Shown piece by piece: positions 27,509 to 36,360 of a stretch of DNA of 64,000 nucleotides (the first letter of the stretch is position 1; every line of letters begins with the position of its first letter). The notes beneath the pieces are model-generated. The model ran no database searches. It saw only the letters and a list, made by a program, of their open reading frames with translations, and was not told the DNA's origin. This DNA comes from an uncultured Pseudomonadota bacterium (GTDB taxonomy: Bacteria; Pseudomonadota; Gammaproteobacteria; Steroidobacterales; Steroidobacteraceae). Location of the stretch: contig CAIPVV010000002.1 of the NCBI GenBank assembly GCA_903868595.1, positions 859 through 64,858 on the forward strand, in the 5' to 3' direction. The position numbers and the translations under genes are program-made.

Positions 27509-27539
27509 GTGCGAGTTCCTTTGCAGGTGCAGCGGGCCA

Positions 27540-27998
27540 TCAGGCCAGGGCCGCAGCAGCACGCTTGATGGCGGCGCGGATGCGCACGTAGGTGGCACAG
27601 CGGCAGATATTGCCGGTCATGGCCGCATCGATGTCCGCATCGGTGGGCTGCTTGTTGCCGGCGAGCAGGGCGGTGGCGCTCATGATCTGGCCGGACTGGC
27701 AGTAGCCGCACTGGGCGACGTTCTCGGCGATCCAGGCCTCCTGGACAGCCTTGCCAACCGCCTCGGCGCCGACGTTCTCGATCGTGGTGATCTTCTTGCC
27801 TTCCAGCCCGGAGATCGGCAGCACGCAGGAGCGCGTGGCCCGGCCGTCGATGTGCACGGTGCAGGCGCCGCACTGGGCCATGCCGCAGCCGAACTTGGTG
27901 CCCGTCAGGTTCAGGTTGTCGCGCAGTACCCAGAGCAGCGGCGTGTCCGGGGAGGCGTCGGTCTCAAGCTTCTTGCCATTGACGTCGAGCGTAGTCAT
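27540..27998 (-). CDS. (2Fe-2S)-binding small subunit (IorA-like)
   Basis: 152 aa. [16 protein letters not shown] is the plant-type cluster and [11 protein letters not shown]...CRCATY is the second cluster. Confidence 0.92.
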   Translation of the reverse strand: MTTLDVNGKKLETDASPDTPLLWVLRDNLNLTGTKFGCGMAQCGACTVHIDGRATRSCVLPISGLEGKKITTIENVGAEAVGKAVQEAWIAENVAQCGYCQSGQIMSATALLAGNKQPTDADIDAAMTGNICRCATYVRIRAAIKRAAAALA

Positions 27999-28095
27999 GG
28001 AGTCCTCAAGGGTCGGAACGAACAGGCAGGCGGAATGGCCAGCCTAAGTGCGCGCATTATGGGACCGTCGCGGCCGGGACGGTAGACTTGCATCC

Positions 28096-28428
28096 ATGAC
28101 ACAGACCTCCTCAGCCCCGGACGATTTGTTGAGAATAGCTCTTAATTGGCGAGAGTCCGGCCAGCCCGTGGCCCTGGCCACGGTGGTGGAGACCTGGGGG
28201 TCTGCCCCGCGGCCCGCCGGCAGCCAGCTGGTGTGCAACGCCGGCGGGGATTTCGCCGGGTCCGTCTCCGGGGGCTGCGTGGAAGTCGCCGTGATCGAAG
28301 CGGCGCAGCAGGTCATGCGCACCGGCCAGACCCAGGTGCTCGCCTTCGGGGTCACGGACGAGCAGGCCTGGGCCGTCGGGCTGGCCTGCGGCGGACGCAT
28401 CCGCGTCTTCGTCGAGCCGCTGGAGTAG
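28096..28428 (+). CDS. XdhC/CoxI-family accessory protein, N-terminal-domain-only ORF
   Basis: ATG at 28096 in track ORF 28048-28428. ALATVVETWGSAPRPAGSQLVCNAGGDFAGSVSGGCVE is the XdhC_CoxI signature. Confidence 0.75.
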   Translation: MTQTSSAPDDLLRIALNWRESGQPVALATVVETWGSAPRPAGSQLVCNAGGDFAGSVSGGCVEVAVIEAAQQVMRTGQTQVLAFGVTDEQAWAVGLACGGRIRVFVEPLE

Positions 28429-28431
28429 CCG

Positions 28432-29124
28432 GTGCGACGCGAAACCCTACGGGCGCTGCAGGGGGCGCAAGAATCCGGCCGCGCCGTCGCGCTGGTGACG
28501 CCGCTGGATGGCGGTCCGCAGCAGGTGCTGGGCCTGGCGGACCTCGGGCAGGACGTGAGCACCGAGCTGGCCCAGGCCGTGCGCAGCGCGCTGGCCACCG
28601 ACCGCGCGGTGCTCCTGGCCGAGGGCGGGGTGGAACGGCTGGTCTGCCCGCGCAACCCGCCGCTGCGCCTGATCGTGGTCGGCGCGGTGCACATCGCCGA
28701 GGCCCTGTGCGGCCTGGCGCAGACGCTGGGCTATGCCGTCACCGTGATCGACCCGCGGGCGGGCTTCGCGCGCGCGGGGCTCTTCCCGGGGGTGACGCTG
28801 CTCAACGTCTGGCCGCAGGAGGCCTTTGAGACCGTTGCGCTGGATGCGCGCACGGCCGTGGTGCTGCTCACGCACGATCCGAAGATCGATGATCCGGCAC
28901 TGCGCTGTGTGTTGTCCTCGGATGTCTTCTATATCGCTGCGCTGGGTTCCACCCGCACGCAGGCCCGGCGGCTGGAGCGCCTGGCGGCCGAGGGTTACAC
29001 GTCGCCGCAGCTGGCGCGCATCCACGGACCGGCGGGCCTGGCGATCGGCGCACGCACGCCGGCGGAGATCGCCCTGTCGGTGCTGGCCCAGATGACGCAG
29101 CGGCTGCGGGAGCCGCGCTCATGA
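28432..29124 (+). CDS. XdhC-family accessory protein (second XdhC_CoxI-like segment plus Rossmann-like C domain)
   Basis: 230 aa with a GTG start. RLIVVGAVHIAEAL and LTHDPKIDDPAL match the XdhC_C domain. It is in the same frame as the previous ORF, separated only by TAG-CCG. Confidence 0.8.
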   Translation: MRRETLRALQGAQESGRAVALVTPLDGGPQQVLGLADLGQDVSTELAQAVRSALATDRAVLLAEGGVERLVCPRNPPLRLIVVGAVHIAEALCGLAQTLGYAVTVIDPRAGFARAGLFPGVTLLNVWPQEAFETVALDARTAVVLLTHDPKIDDPALRCVLSSDVFYIAALGSTRTQARRLERLAAEGYTSPQLARIHGPAGLAIGARTPAEIALSVLAQMTQRLREPRS

Positions 29125-30143
29125 TGTTTGGCGAGGTAGCGGTGGCCGACGCCGTCGGCTGCATCCTCGTCCACAGTTTGAAGTTCACCGACGAGACCTT
29201 CAAGAAGGGGCGGCGCTTGAGCGCCGCCGACGTGGCGCGGCTGGCGCAGGCGGGCGTGGCGCGGATCGTCGCGGCGCGCCTGCAGGACGGCGATGTGCAC
29301 GAGGATGAGGCGGCCCGCCGCCTGGCGCAGTCCCTTGCCGGTGAGCAGGTGGACTGCGGCGTGGCGATCACCGGGCGGGCGAACCTGCGCGCGCGCGTGG
29401 CGGGCCTGGTGCGGGTGGATGCGACGCGCATTCACGCGTTGAACGCCGTGCACGAATCGCTGACGGTGGCGACGCTGCCGGACTATGAACCCGTGGTGGC
29501 CGGGCAGATGCTGGCCACCATCAAGGTCATTCCCTATGCGGCGCCGGACACGGCGCTGGCCACGGCCATGGGCTGCGCGCAGGGCGCTCACGGTGCGATC
29601 CAGGTCGCTCCTTACCTCGGGGTGGGCGTGGGCCTGGTGCTGACGCGCTTGCCGGACACGCGCGCGGCGGTGCTGGCCAAGATGCGCGAAGCCGTGCAAA
29701 AACGCCTGCAGCCGCTGGCGGCGAACCTGCTGACCGAAAGGGTGGTGGCGCACGATGCGGCGTCGATTGCCCAGGCGCTGGCGAGCCTGGTCGCGCGGCC
29801 GGACATCGACGTCGTGCTCATCTCCGGCATCGCGGCGACCGTGGACCGGGCCGATGTCGTGCCGGCGGGCGTGGTGGCCGGCGGGGGCCGCGTGCTGCAT
29901 GCCGGCATGCCGGTGGACCCCGGCAACCTGCTGCTGCTGGGGGAGGTGCCGCGGGCGGGCGGCCGCTGCAGGGTGGTGGGCATTCCGACCTGCGCCCGCT
30001 CGCCCAAGCTCAACGGGTTCGACTTCGTGCTGCGCCGCCTGGCCTGCGGCATCGAGGTCGCGCCGCGCGACATCATGGCGATGGGCGTGGGGGGGCTGCT
30101 GGGGGAGATCCCCACGCGCCCGATGCCGCGGGGCGAGGGGTAG
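29121..30143 (+). CDS. molybdopterin-binding (MoCF_biosynth/MoeA-CinA-like domain) protein
   Basis: 340 aa. The start overlaps the preceding stop as ATGA. IDVVLISGIAATVDRADVVP...GMPVDPGNLLLLG is typical of the Mo-cofactor-binding domain found in molybdoenzyme maturation clusters. Confidence 0.7.
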   Translation: MMFGEVAVADAVGCILVHSLKFTDETFKKGRRLSAADVARLAQAGVARIVAARLQDGDVHEDEAARRLAQSLAGEQVDCGVAITGRANLRARVAGLVRVDATRIHALNAVHESLTVATLPDYEPVVAGQMLATIKVIPYAAPDTALATAMGCAQGAHGAIQVAPYLGVGVGLVLTRLPDTRAAVLAKMREAVQKRLQPLAANLLTERVVAHDAASIAQALASLVARPDIDVVLISGIAATVDRADVVPAGVVAGGGRVLHAGMPVDPGNLLLLGEVPRAGGRCRVVGIPTCARSPKLNGFDFVLRRLACGIEVAPRDIMAMGVGGLLGEIPTRPMPRGEG

Positions 30144-30328
30144 GCATCCCCACCCCGCGCGAACCCGCGCGGGGCGCCAGCCCCTCTGGGAGGCCCTGCA
30201 GAGCGGGCAGGCGGCGTGGGGGGTACCCGCGCCGTGGTGATGTCGGCCCGGCGTAGCAAGGCGACCGCAACTTGAAACTTTGGGCGATAATAGGCCTCTA
30301 TCACTGCAGTCCGTGCCAGGAGTGACTC

Positions 30329-30589
30329 ATGGATCTGTTCTCGCCACGTCATCTGTTGATCATTTTGTTGATCTGCCTCGTCGTGTTCGGCACGAAGAAG
30401 CTCAAGACCATCGGCGCCGACCTGGGTGGTGCGTTCCGCGGCTTCAAGAACGCGATGAACGAGGCGCAGAAGGAGCCCGAGGCCGAGCCCGCTGCGGCTC
30501 CGGCAGCCTCCGTGGACGCGGCACGCATTGCGCCCGCCCCGGTGGCCGAGGCTGGCGTCAAGACGGCAGAGAAGACGACCCATGGCTGA
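30329..30589 (+). CDS. tatA: twin-arginine translocase TatA/TatE-family protein
   Basis: 86 aa. [43 protein letters not shown] is the canonical TatA transmembrane segment plus amphipathic helix. There is no tatB or tatC next to it. Confidence 0.85.
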   Translation: MDLFSPRHLLIILLICLVVFGTKKLKTIGADLGGAFRGFKNAMNEAQKEPEAEPAAAPAASVDAARIAPAPVAEAGVKTAEKTTHG

Positions 30590-31106
30590 GATCGAGGTAC
30601 ACACCGGTCATCACGGCGCAGAGGATGATCCGGTTGGCAGGCGCGTTGGGTTTCTCGTTGGCGTGATCGGCATCGTGCTGGCGGTCGTGACGATCGCCGC
30701 GCATCGGCAGCACACGGCGGCGGTGATCTTCCGGACCGAGGCCAACGACCAGTGGTCGTACTACCAGGCGAAGAAGATCCGCGAGCATGTCAGCAGCGTT
30801 GGCGCGGACATCGTCTCGGTGCTGGATGCGGCCAAGGCTGCCGCAGCGCACGAGCTGTTCGACAAGCAGCGTGCGAAGTACTCCGCCGACGCCGAGGAGA
30901 TCAAGACAAAGGCCGAGACTCAGGACAAGAAGACGGAGCATGCCGAGGCGCTGGCACTGCGATTTGACCTGGGCGAGGGTTTCCTGGAGCTGGGTCTGGT
31001 GCTCTCCTCGCTGTATTTCCTGGGTCGGCGGCTGATGTTCCCGATCGCCGGCGGCTTTGCCGCGGTGGTCGGCGTGGCGACGGCGCTCAGCGCCCTGCTG
31101 GCGTAG
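30582..31106 (+). CDS. DUF4337-like membrane protein
   Basis: ATG at 30582 in track ORF 30528-31106, overlapping the tatA end by 8 nt. [19 protein letters not shown] and a C-terminal transmembrane segment match my recollection of DUF4337. Confidence 0.7.
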   Translation: MAEIEVHTGHHGAEDDPVGRRVGFLVGVIGIVLAVVTIAAHRQHTAAVIFRTEANDQWSYYQAKKIREHVSSVGADIVSVLDAAKAAAAHELFDKQRAKYSADAEEIKTKAETQDKKTEHAEALALRFDLGEGFLELGLVLSSLYFLGRRLMFPIAGGFAAVVGVATALSALLA

Positions 31107-31202
31107 CGGCCGCGCGCCGGGCGGCGCAGACGCCGACCTGGCGCGGGGGCATCGCGACTTCAAACGGTGCGCCGCCGTGGCGCACCGCTCCAACGCGAGG
31201 AG

Positions 31203-31583
31203 ATGGCGCAGCGCATGGCGAAACCCAAGATCAAGTGGCTGACCGAACCGGAGGACCATGATTACCCGGCGGCGGCCTCCTATCTCTCTCTTATCTATCC
31301 ACCGGCCACGGTGCGCCGGCTCGTGCAGGGCCTGCGCCGCGCCCGCATGACGGGCTTCAAGGGCAAGGACATCTTTCGCGCCGCCTCGCTACCGCTGCTG
31401 GACGCGAGCAACTCCCACGTGGCGAAGAACCGCAAGAAGATCCTCGCCGGCACCGCGCTCTCCCCGCTGCTGCTGGTGCGCGACACCGCGAACGGGCGGG
31501 TGATTGTCGCCGACGGCTATCACCGGCTGTGCTCGATCTACCCCTTCGACGAGGACGTGCTCGTCCCCTGCAAGATCGTCTAG
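31203..31583 (+). CDS. small protein with ParB/sulfiredoxin-like motif, unknown function
   Basis: ATG at 31203 (GAGGAG upstream) in track ORF 31167-31583. PLLLVRDTANGRVIVADGYHRLCS resembles the DGHHR core of ParB-N/Srx-fold proteins. This is a weak, motif-level call. Confidence 0.45.
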   Translation: MAQRMAKPKIKWLTEPEDHDYPAAASYLSLIYPPATVRRLVQGLRRARMTGFKGKDIFRAASLPLLDASNSHVAKNRKKILAGTALSPLLLVRDTANGRVIVADGYHRLCSIYPFDEDVLVPCKIV

Positions 31584-31779
31584 CCCGGGAGGGGGCGGCA
31601 GCCGGCAGGCGGGCGGTGCGAAAGGGGTTGCAGGCGAGGTCCGGTGGGTCCGCGGTATCGCCAATCGGGTGGTAGCTTAAATTCTTGCGTCCGCAGACGC
31701 GCGTTCGGCTATAACCGGCGTTCAGGACGTCAGTGACGGCGGGGCGAGGGCCCTGCGGTACAGTAAGTCCTTGAAAAGG

Positions 31780-31855
31780 TGGCGCTCCCTACCGGATTCG
31801 AACCGGTGTACTAGCCTTGAGAGGGCTATGTCCTGGGCCTCTAGACGAAGGGAGC
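31780..31855 (-). tRNA. tRNA-Glu (anticodon CTC)
   Basis: The reverse complement is GCTCCCT TC GTCT AGAGGCCCAGGAC A TAGCC CTCTCAA GGCTA GTAC ACCGG TTCGAAT CCGGT AGGGAGC G CCA. The D-arm is identical to the tRNA-Glu(TTC) at 20258, and the anticodon loop is CT-CTC-AA. Confidence 0.88.
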
Positions 31856-31885
31856 GTTTTGGGTCAATGACCCCGAGGGCGCGGT

Positions 31886-31913
31886 ATTATAGGCGTCCTT
31901 ATCCAATGCTCAA
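31886..31913 (-). promoter_or_regulatory. probable sigma70 promoter of tRNA-Glu(CTC)
   Basis: On the minus strand: TTGAGC (31913-31908), a 16-nt spacer, then a perfect TATAAT (31891-31886), 30 nt upstream of the tRNA 5' end. Confidence 0.5.
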
Positions 31914-31939
31914 GCGTAATACGCCCGGAATATCTCCCC

Positions 31940-33427
31940 TTGAACCCTGACTCCGCTGAATTGGTCCCCGCAGCCCAGGCTGTGACGCCCCGCATTTTCT
32001 CCCGCTCCGAACACACGGTTTCGCGCAAGTTCATCGCGCCCAACGCGCTGCGCGTGCTCTACAAGCTGCGCGAGGGCGGCCACCAGGCTTTCCTGGTCGG
32101 CGGCTGCCTGCGCGACGTGATGCTGGGGATCGAGCCCAAGGATTTTGACGTCGCCACCAGTGCGCGTCCGGAGGAGGTCAAGCGCCTGTTCCGCAACTGC
32201 CGTCTGATCGGTCGGCGCTTTCGCCTGGCACACGTGTTCTTTGGTCGCGAGATCATCGAGGTGGCCACCTTCCGCGCCTCCAGCGCCCCATCCCAAGGCG
32301 AGGAGCCGGACGCGGATCCGGACATCCTGCCTGAGGTCGGCGCCGTCTCCGATGACGGGGACGACTCGGATGAGGCCGTGGCCGTGGATACGCCGGATGA
32401 GGGCCCGCAGGACCGACTGCTGGACGATCAGGGCCGTATCCTGCGCGACAACACCTACGGCACGATCGATGATGACGTCTGGCGCCGGGACTTCACCTGC
32501 AATGCGCTGTACTACAACATCGATGATTTCTCGTTGTGGGACTACGTCGGCGGATTCGAGGACATCGCTGCCCGGCGCCTGCGGCTGATCGGCGACCCGG
32601 AGACCCGCTACCGCGAGGATCCGGTGCGCATGCTCCGCGCCGCGCGCTTTGAGGCGAAGCTGGGCTTCACGCTGGATCCGGCCACCGAGGCGCCGATCGC
32701 GCCCCTGCGCGAGCTGCTCGCCCAGGTGCCCGCGGCCCGCCTGTTCGATGAATCCCTGAAGCTCTTCCTGACGGGCCACGGCGCCAAGTCCCTGCACGTG
32801 CTGCAGCGGCGCGGCCTGCTGCGCGTGCTGTATCCGACCGTCTCGGAATACCTGGACCGCCATGCCGGCAGCCTCGTCGAGAAGCTGCTGGTGGCGGGAC
32901 TTGAGAATACGGATCAGCGCGTGCAGGCCGGCAAGCCGGTGACGCCGACCTTCCTGTTCGCGCTGCTGCTGTACGGGCCGATCGCCCGCCACATCGAGGC
33001 GCAGCCGCCGCAGCGCTGGCACGACACGGGGGCGATCCTGGACGCCTGTGACCGCGCGGTCTACGAGGCGCAGCAGCGCGTCACGATTCCCAAGCGCTTC
33101 TCGATGGGCATTCGGGACATGTACGCGATGCAGCCCCGCCTGGAGCAGCCGCGCGGTCGCCGCGCACTGCGCACGCTGGAGATGACGCGCTTTCGCGCGG
33201 CCTTCGACCTGCTGCTGCTGCGCGCCCAGATCGGCATGGCCCCCAAGGCCACGGCCGACTGGTGGACCCGCCTGCAGGAGGTGGGCCCGGAGGAGCGCGA
33301 GCGCATGGTGGAGAAGCTCGAGCGTGCGCACGGCTCGGGCGGCGCACCAGAGGGCGGCGAAGCGGGCGAGGAGGGTACGGGCCCGCGCCGCAGGCGTCGC
33401 CGTCGGCGGCCTGCCGGCCCGGCATGA
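31940..33427 (+). CDS. pcnB: poly(A) polymerase I
   Basis: 495 aa. FLVGGCLRDVMLGIEPKDFDVAT is the nucleotidyltransferase motif, RDFTCNALYY is present, and the C-terminal tail is basic. The non-ATG (TTG) start leaves the exact start uncertain. Confidence 0.92.
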   Translation: MNPDSAELVPAAQAVTPRIFSRSEHTVSRKFIAPNALRVLYKLREGGHQAFLVGGCLRDVMLGIEPKDFDVATSARPEEVKRLFRNCRLIGRRFRLAHVFFGREIIEVATFRASSAPSQGEEPDADPDILPEVGAVSDDGDDSDEAVAVDTPDEGPQDRLLDDQGRILRDNTYGTIDDDVWRRDFTCNALYYNIDDFSLWDYVGGFEDIAARRLRLIGDPETRYREDPVRMLRAARFEAKLGFTLDPATEAPIAPLRELLAQVPAARLFDESLKLFLTGHGAKSLHVLQRRGLLRVLYPTVSEYLDRHAGSLVEKLLVAGLENTDQRVQAGKPVTPTFLFALLLYGPIARHIEAQPPQRWHDTGAILDACDRAVYEAQQRVTIPKRFSMGIRDMYAMQPRLEQPRGRRALRTLEMTRFRAAFDLLLLRAQIGMAPKATADWWTRLQEVGPEERERMVEKLERAHGSGGAPEGGEAGEEGTGPRRRRRRRRPAGPA

Positions 33428-33927
33428 GGCGACTGATTCCCGCGTACATCGGCATTGGCAGCAATGTCGGTGGTCCGCGGCAGCAGGTGGAGGCGGCCTT
33501 CGAGCACCTCGCGCGGCTCCCGCGCACGATGCTGGTGGCCCGTTCGCGCCTCTACGCGACCCGTCCCTTCGGACCGGTGGAGCAGGATGACTTTGTCAAC
33601 GCCGTGGCCGGCGTGCTGACGGAGCTGTCGGCACCCGAGCTGCTGGTGGAGCTGCGTGCGATCGAGACTGCGCGCGGCCGCGTGCGCACCGTCCGCTGGG
33701 GGCCGCGCGTCATCGACCTGGACCTGCTGGTGCATGGCCGGACGCGCCTTGAGAGTGCGGAGCTCACGCTCCCGCATCCCGGGATAGTGGAGCGCAACTT
33801 CGTTCTGTATCCTCTGGCTGACATCGCGCCGGACCTGGACATCCCGGGTCAGGGGCGAGTGGCGGCGCTGGCCTCCCGCCTCAGCGGCGACGGCATCCGG
33901 GTGCTGGCGTGCGCCGGCTCAGCATGA
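33424..33927 (+). CDS. folK: 2-amino-4-hydroxy-6-hydroxymethyldihydropteridine diphosphokinase
   Basis: ATG at 33424 overlaps the pcnB stop as ATGA. AYIGIGSNVG...RWGPRVIDLDLL...LPHPGIVERNFVLYPLADI is the HPPK signature. Confidence 0.92.
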   Translation: MRRLIPAYIGIGSNVGGPRQQVEAAFEHLARLPRTMLVARSRLYATRPFGPVEQDDFVNAVAGVLTELSAPELLVELRAIETARGRVRTVRWGPRVIDLDLLVHGRTRLESAELTLPHPGIVERNFVLYPLADIAPDLDIPGQGRVAALASRLSGDGIRVLACAGSA

Positions 33928-33958
33928 AACTACCCCTACGGGGCAAGGAACGTCGCCG

Positions 33959-34615
33959 ATGACGGCTGGTACAGCGCACCGCTACATAGTCGTCGAGGGT
34001 CCGATTGGCGTCGGCAAGACCTCGCTGGCACGCAAGCTCGCCACCAGCTTCTCCGCCGAGACCGTGCTCGAGCAGGCCGCCGAGAACCCGTTCCTGGAGC
34101 GTTTCTACCGCAACCCCCGCGTGGGCGCGCTGCCTGCCCAGCTGTATTTTCTCTTCCAGCGGGCCCAGCAGTTGGCGGCGCTCAAGCAGCACGACCTGTT
34201 CGCCCCGGTCCGGGTGGCCGACTACCTGCTCGCCAAGGACCGGCTGTTTGCGCGCATCACGCTGGACGAGGAGGAGTTCAAGCTCTACGAGCAGGTCCAC
34301 GACAAGCTTGCGATCGAGGCTCCCAAGCCCGACCTCGTGGTGTACCTGCAGGCGCCGGTGCCGGTGTTGCTGGATCGCATCGGGCGGCGCGGCATCGCCT
34401 ATGAGAGCCTGATCGACGCGGCGTACCTGGAGCGCCTGAACGAGGCCTACGCCCGGTTCTTCCACGAGTACGAGGCCAGCCCCCTGCTGATCGTCAACGC
34501 CACCTCCATCGACCCGGTCAACAACGCAGCCGACTACGAGGAGCTCCTGGCGGCGATTGGCCGGATGAACCGCGGCCGCCTCTACTACAACCCGCTGCGC
34601 AACCAGGCCCTCTGA
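33959..34615 (+). CDS. deoxynucleoside kinase family protein
   Basis: 218 aa. Has the P-loop VVEGPIGVGKTSLARKLA, an ERF/DRL-type motif and a lid region RIGRRG. Confidence 0.85.
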   Translation: MTAGTAHRYIVVEGPIGVGKTSLARKLATSFSAETVLEQAAENPFLERFYRNPRVGALPAQLYFLFQRAQQLAALKQHDLFAPVRVADYLLAKDRLFARITLDEEEFKLYEQVHDKLAIEAPKPDLVVYLQAPVPVLLDRIGRRGIAYESLIDAAYLERLNEAYARFFHEYEASPLLIVNATSIDPVNNAADYEELLAAIGRMNRGRLYYNPLRNQAL

Positions 34616-34678
34616 TCCCGCCCGCCGCCCCGCCGGGCCGCGGTTGATTGTCCCCGGCGTCTGCTTCAAGCTCCCCGC

Positions 34679-35506
34679 ATGTATACCCATCTGCAGCTGC
34701 GCGATTCGGCGCGTCCGCCGGTAACGCTCTCCACGCTGCACAAGATGCGCGAGGACGGCGAGCCGATCGCCTGCCTGACCTGCTACGACGCGAGTTTCGC
34801 GGCACTGCTGGATGAGGCGGACGTGGATGTCGTGCTGGTCGGGGATTCCCTGGGCATGGTGATCCAGGGGCACGACACCACGGTGCCGGTGACCGTGGAC
34901 AACGTCATCTACCACTGCAAGGCCGTCTCCCGCGGCCTGCACCGGCCGTTCCTGGTCGCAGACCTTCCCTTCATGAGCTACCCGTCGCGCGAACAGGCAC
35001 TCACCAACTCGGTGCGCCTGATGCAGGAGGGCGGGGCGCGCATGATCAAGCTGGAGAGCGGTGCGGAGCAGATCCGCATCGTGGAGTTCCTGGCCAGCCA
35101 CGACATCGCCGTCTGCGCGCACCTGGGTCTCAAGCCCCAGTCCGTGCACAAGACGGGCGGCTTTCGCGTGCAGGGTCGCGAGCAGGATGCAGCGACCAAG
35201 ATGATCCAGAACGCGCGCGACCTGCAGGCCGCGGGCGCCGACATCGTGCTGCTGGAGTGCATACCGGCGGAATTGGGCAAGGCCATCACGCAGGCGCTGG
35301 AGGTGCCGGTGATCGGCATCGGCGCCGGCGGCGACACCAATGGTCAGATCCTGGTGCTCTACGACATCCTGGACATCACCACGGGCCGCAAGCCCCGCTT
35401 CGTCAAGGACTTCATGGCCGGCGCCGGCACTCCCCTGGCAGCGATCAAGGCCTATGTGAAGGACGTCAAGGCGCGCGGTTATCCGGCTGCGGAACACAAT
35501 TTCTGA
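34679..35506 (+). CDS. panB: 3-methyl-2-oxobutanoate hydroxymethyltransferase
   Basis: 275 aa. CLTCYDASFA...VLVGDSLGMV.QGHDTT...VADLPFMSY...KLE matches PanB. Confidence 0.95.
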   Translation: MYTHLQLRDSARPPVTLSTLHKMREDGEPIACLTCYDASFAALLDEADVDVVLVGDSLGMVIQGHDTTVPVTVDNVIYHCKAVSRGLHRPFLVADLPFMSYPSREQALTNSVRLMQEGGARMIKLESGAEQIRIVEFLASHDIAVCAHLGLKPQSVHKTGGFRVQGREQDAATKMIQNARDLQAAGADIVLLECIPAELGKAITQALEVPVIGIGAGGDTNGQILVLYDILDITTGRKPRFVKDFMAGAGTPLAAIKAYVKDVKARGYPAAEHNF

Positions 35507-35508
35507 GC

Positions 35509-36360
35509 ATGCAGACCGTCACCCGTATCGCTGAGCTGCGCGCCACGCTCAGCGCCTGGCGCGCCCAGGGGCTGCGCATCGGTTTCGTGCCAACCATGGG
35601 CAACCTGCACGCCGGCCACATGAGCCTGCTGGCGGCGGCACGCTACCGCGCCGATCGCGTGGTGGCCAGCGTGTTCGTGAATCCCCTGCAGTTCGGGCCC
35701 AACGAGGACTTCGACCGCTACCCCCGCACGCCGGAGGAGGATGCGCAGCTGCTGCAGGGTGCGCAGTGCGACCTGCTGTTCCTGCCCTCGGTGGAGGAGA
35801 TGTATCCGCAGGGCAGGGACCAGGCGACGCGCGTCCACGTGCGCGGCCTCTCCGAGACGCTCTGCGGGCGGGTGCGCCCGGGCCATTTCGAGGGCGTGGC
35901 CACGGTCGTGGCGAAGCTCTTCGGCATCGTGCAGGCGGACGTCGCGGTGTTTGGCGAGAAGGACTTCCAGCAGCTGACGATCATCCAGCGCATGACGCAG
36001 GACCTGTCGATTCCGGTGGAGGTCGTCGGTGCGGCCACCGTGCGCGCCCCGGACGGGCTGGCGATGAGTTCGCGCAACCGCTACCTCACCGAAGCAGAGC
36101 GCGCGGTAGCGCCGCGCCTGCACGCGGCGCTGATGACGGCGGTCAAGCGCATCGACACGGGCGAGCGCGACTACGAGAGCATCGAAGCCCAGGGACAGGC
36201 CTGGCTGCTGGAGGCCGGCATGCGTCCGGATTACTTCGCCGTGCGCGACGCGCTCACGCTGCAGGCGCCGGGCCCGGCGTCGCGCGAACTGGTGGTGTTG
36301 GCCGCGGCGCGCCTGGGCAAGGCGCGCCTGATCGATAACCTGCGCGCTACGCGGCGCTGA
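35509..36360 (+). CDS. panC: pantoate--beta-alanine ligase
   Basis: ATG at 35509 in track ORF 35257-36360. Contains FVPTMGNLHAGHMSLL, SVFVNPLQFGPNEDF and FGEKDFQQL. Confidence 0.95.
   Translation: MQTVTRIAELRATLSAWRAQGLRIGFVPTMGNLHAGHMSLLAAARYRADRVVASVFVNPLQFGPNEDFDRYPRTPEEDAQLLQGAQCDLLFLPSVEEMYPQGRDQATRVHVRGLSETLCGRVRPGHFEGVATVVAKLFGIVQADVAVFGEKDFQQLTIIQRMTQDLSIPVEVVGAATVRAPDGLAMSSRNRYLTEAERAVAPRLHAALMTAVKRIDTGERDYESIEAQGQAWLLEAGMRPDYFAVRDALTLQAPGPASRELVVLAAARLGKARLIDNLRATRR

Noticed and set aside
36347-36360. 14-nt overlap of the convergent panC and queG 3' ends
   Set aside because: Short convergent overlaps are common in compact GC-rich genomes, and both ORFs end with normal family C-termini. 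There is no evidence of special function.
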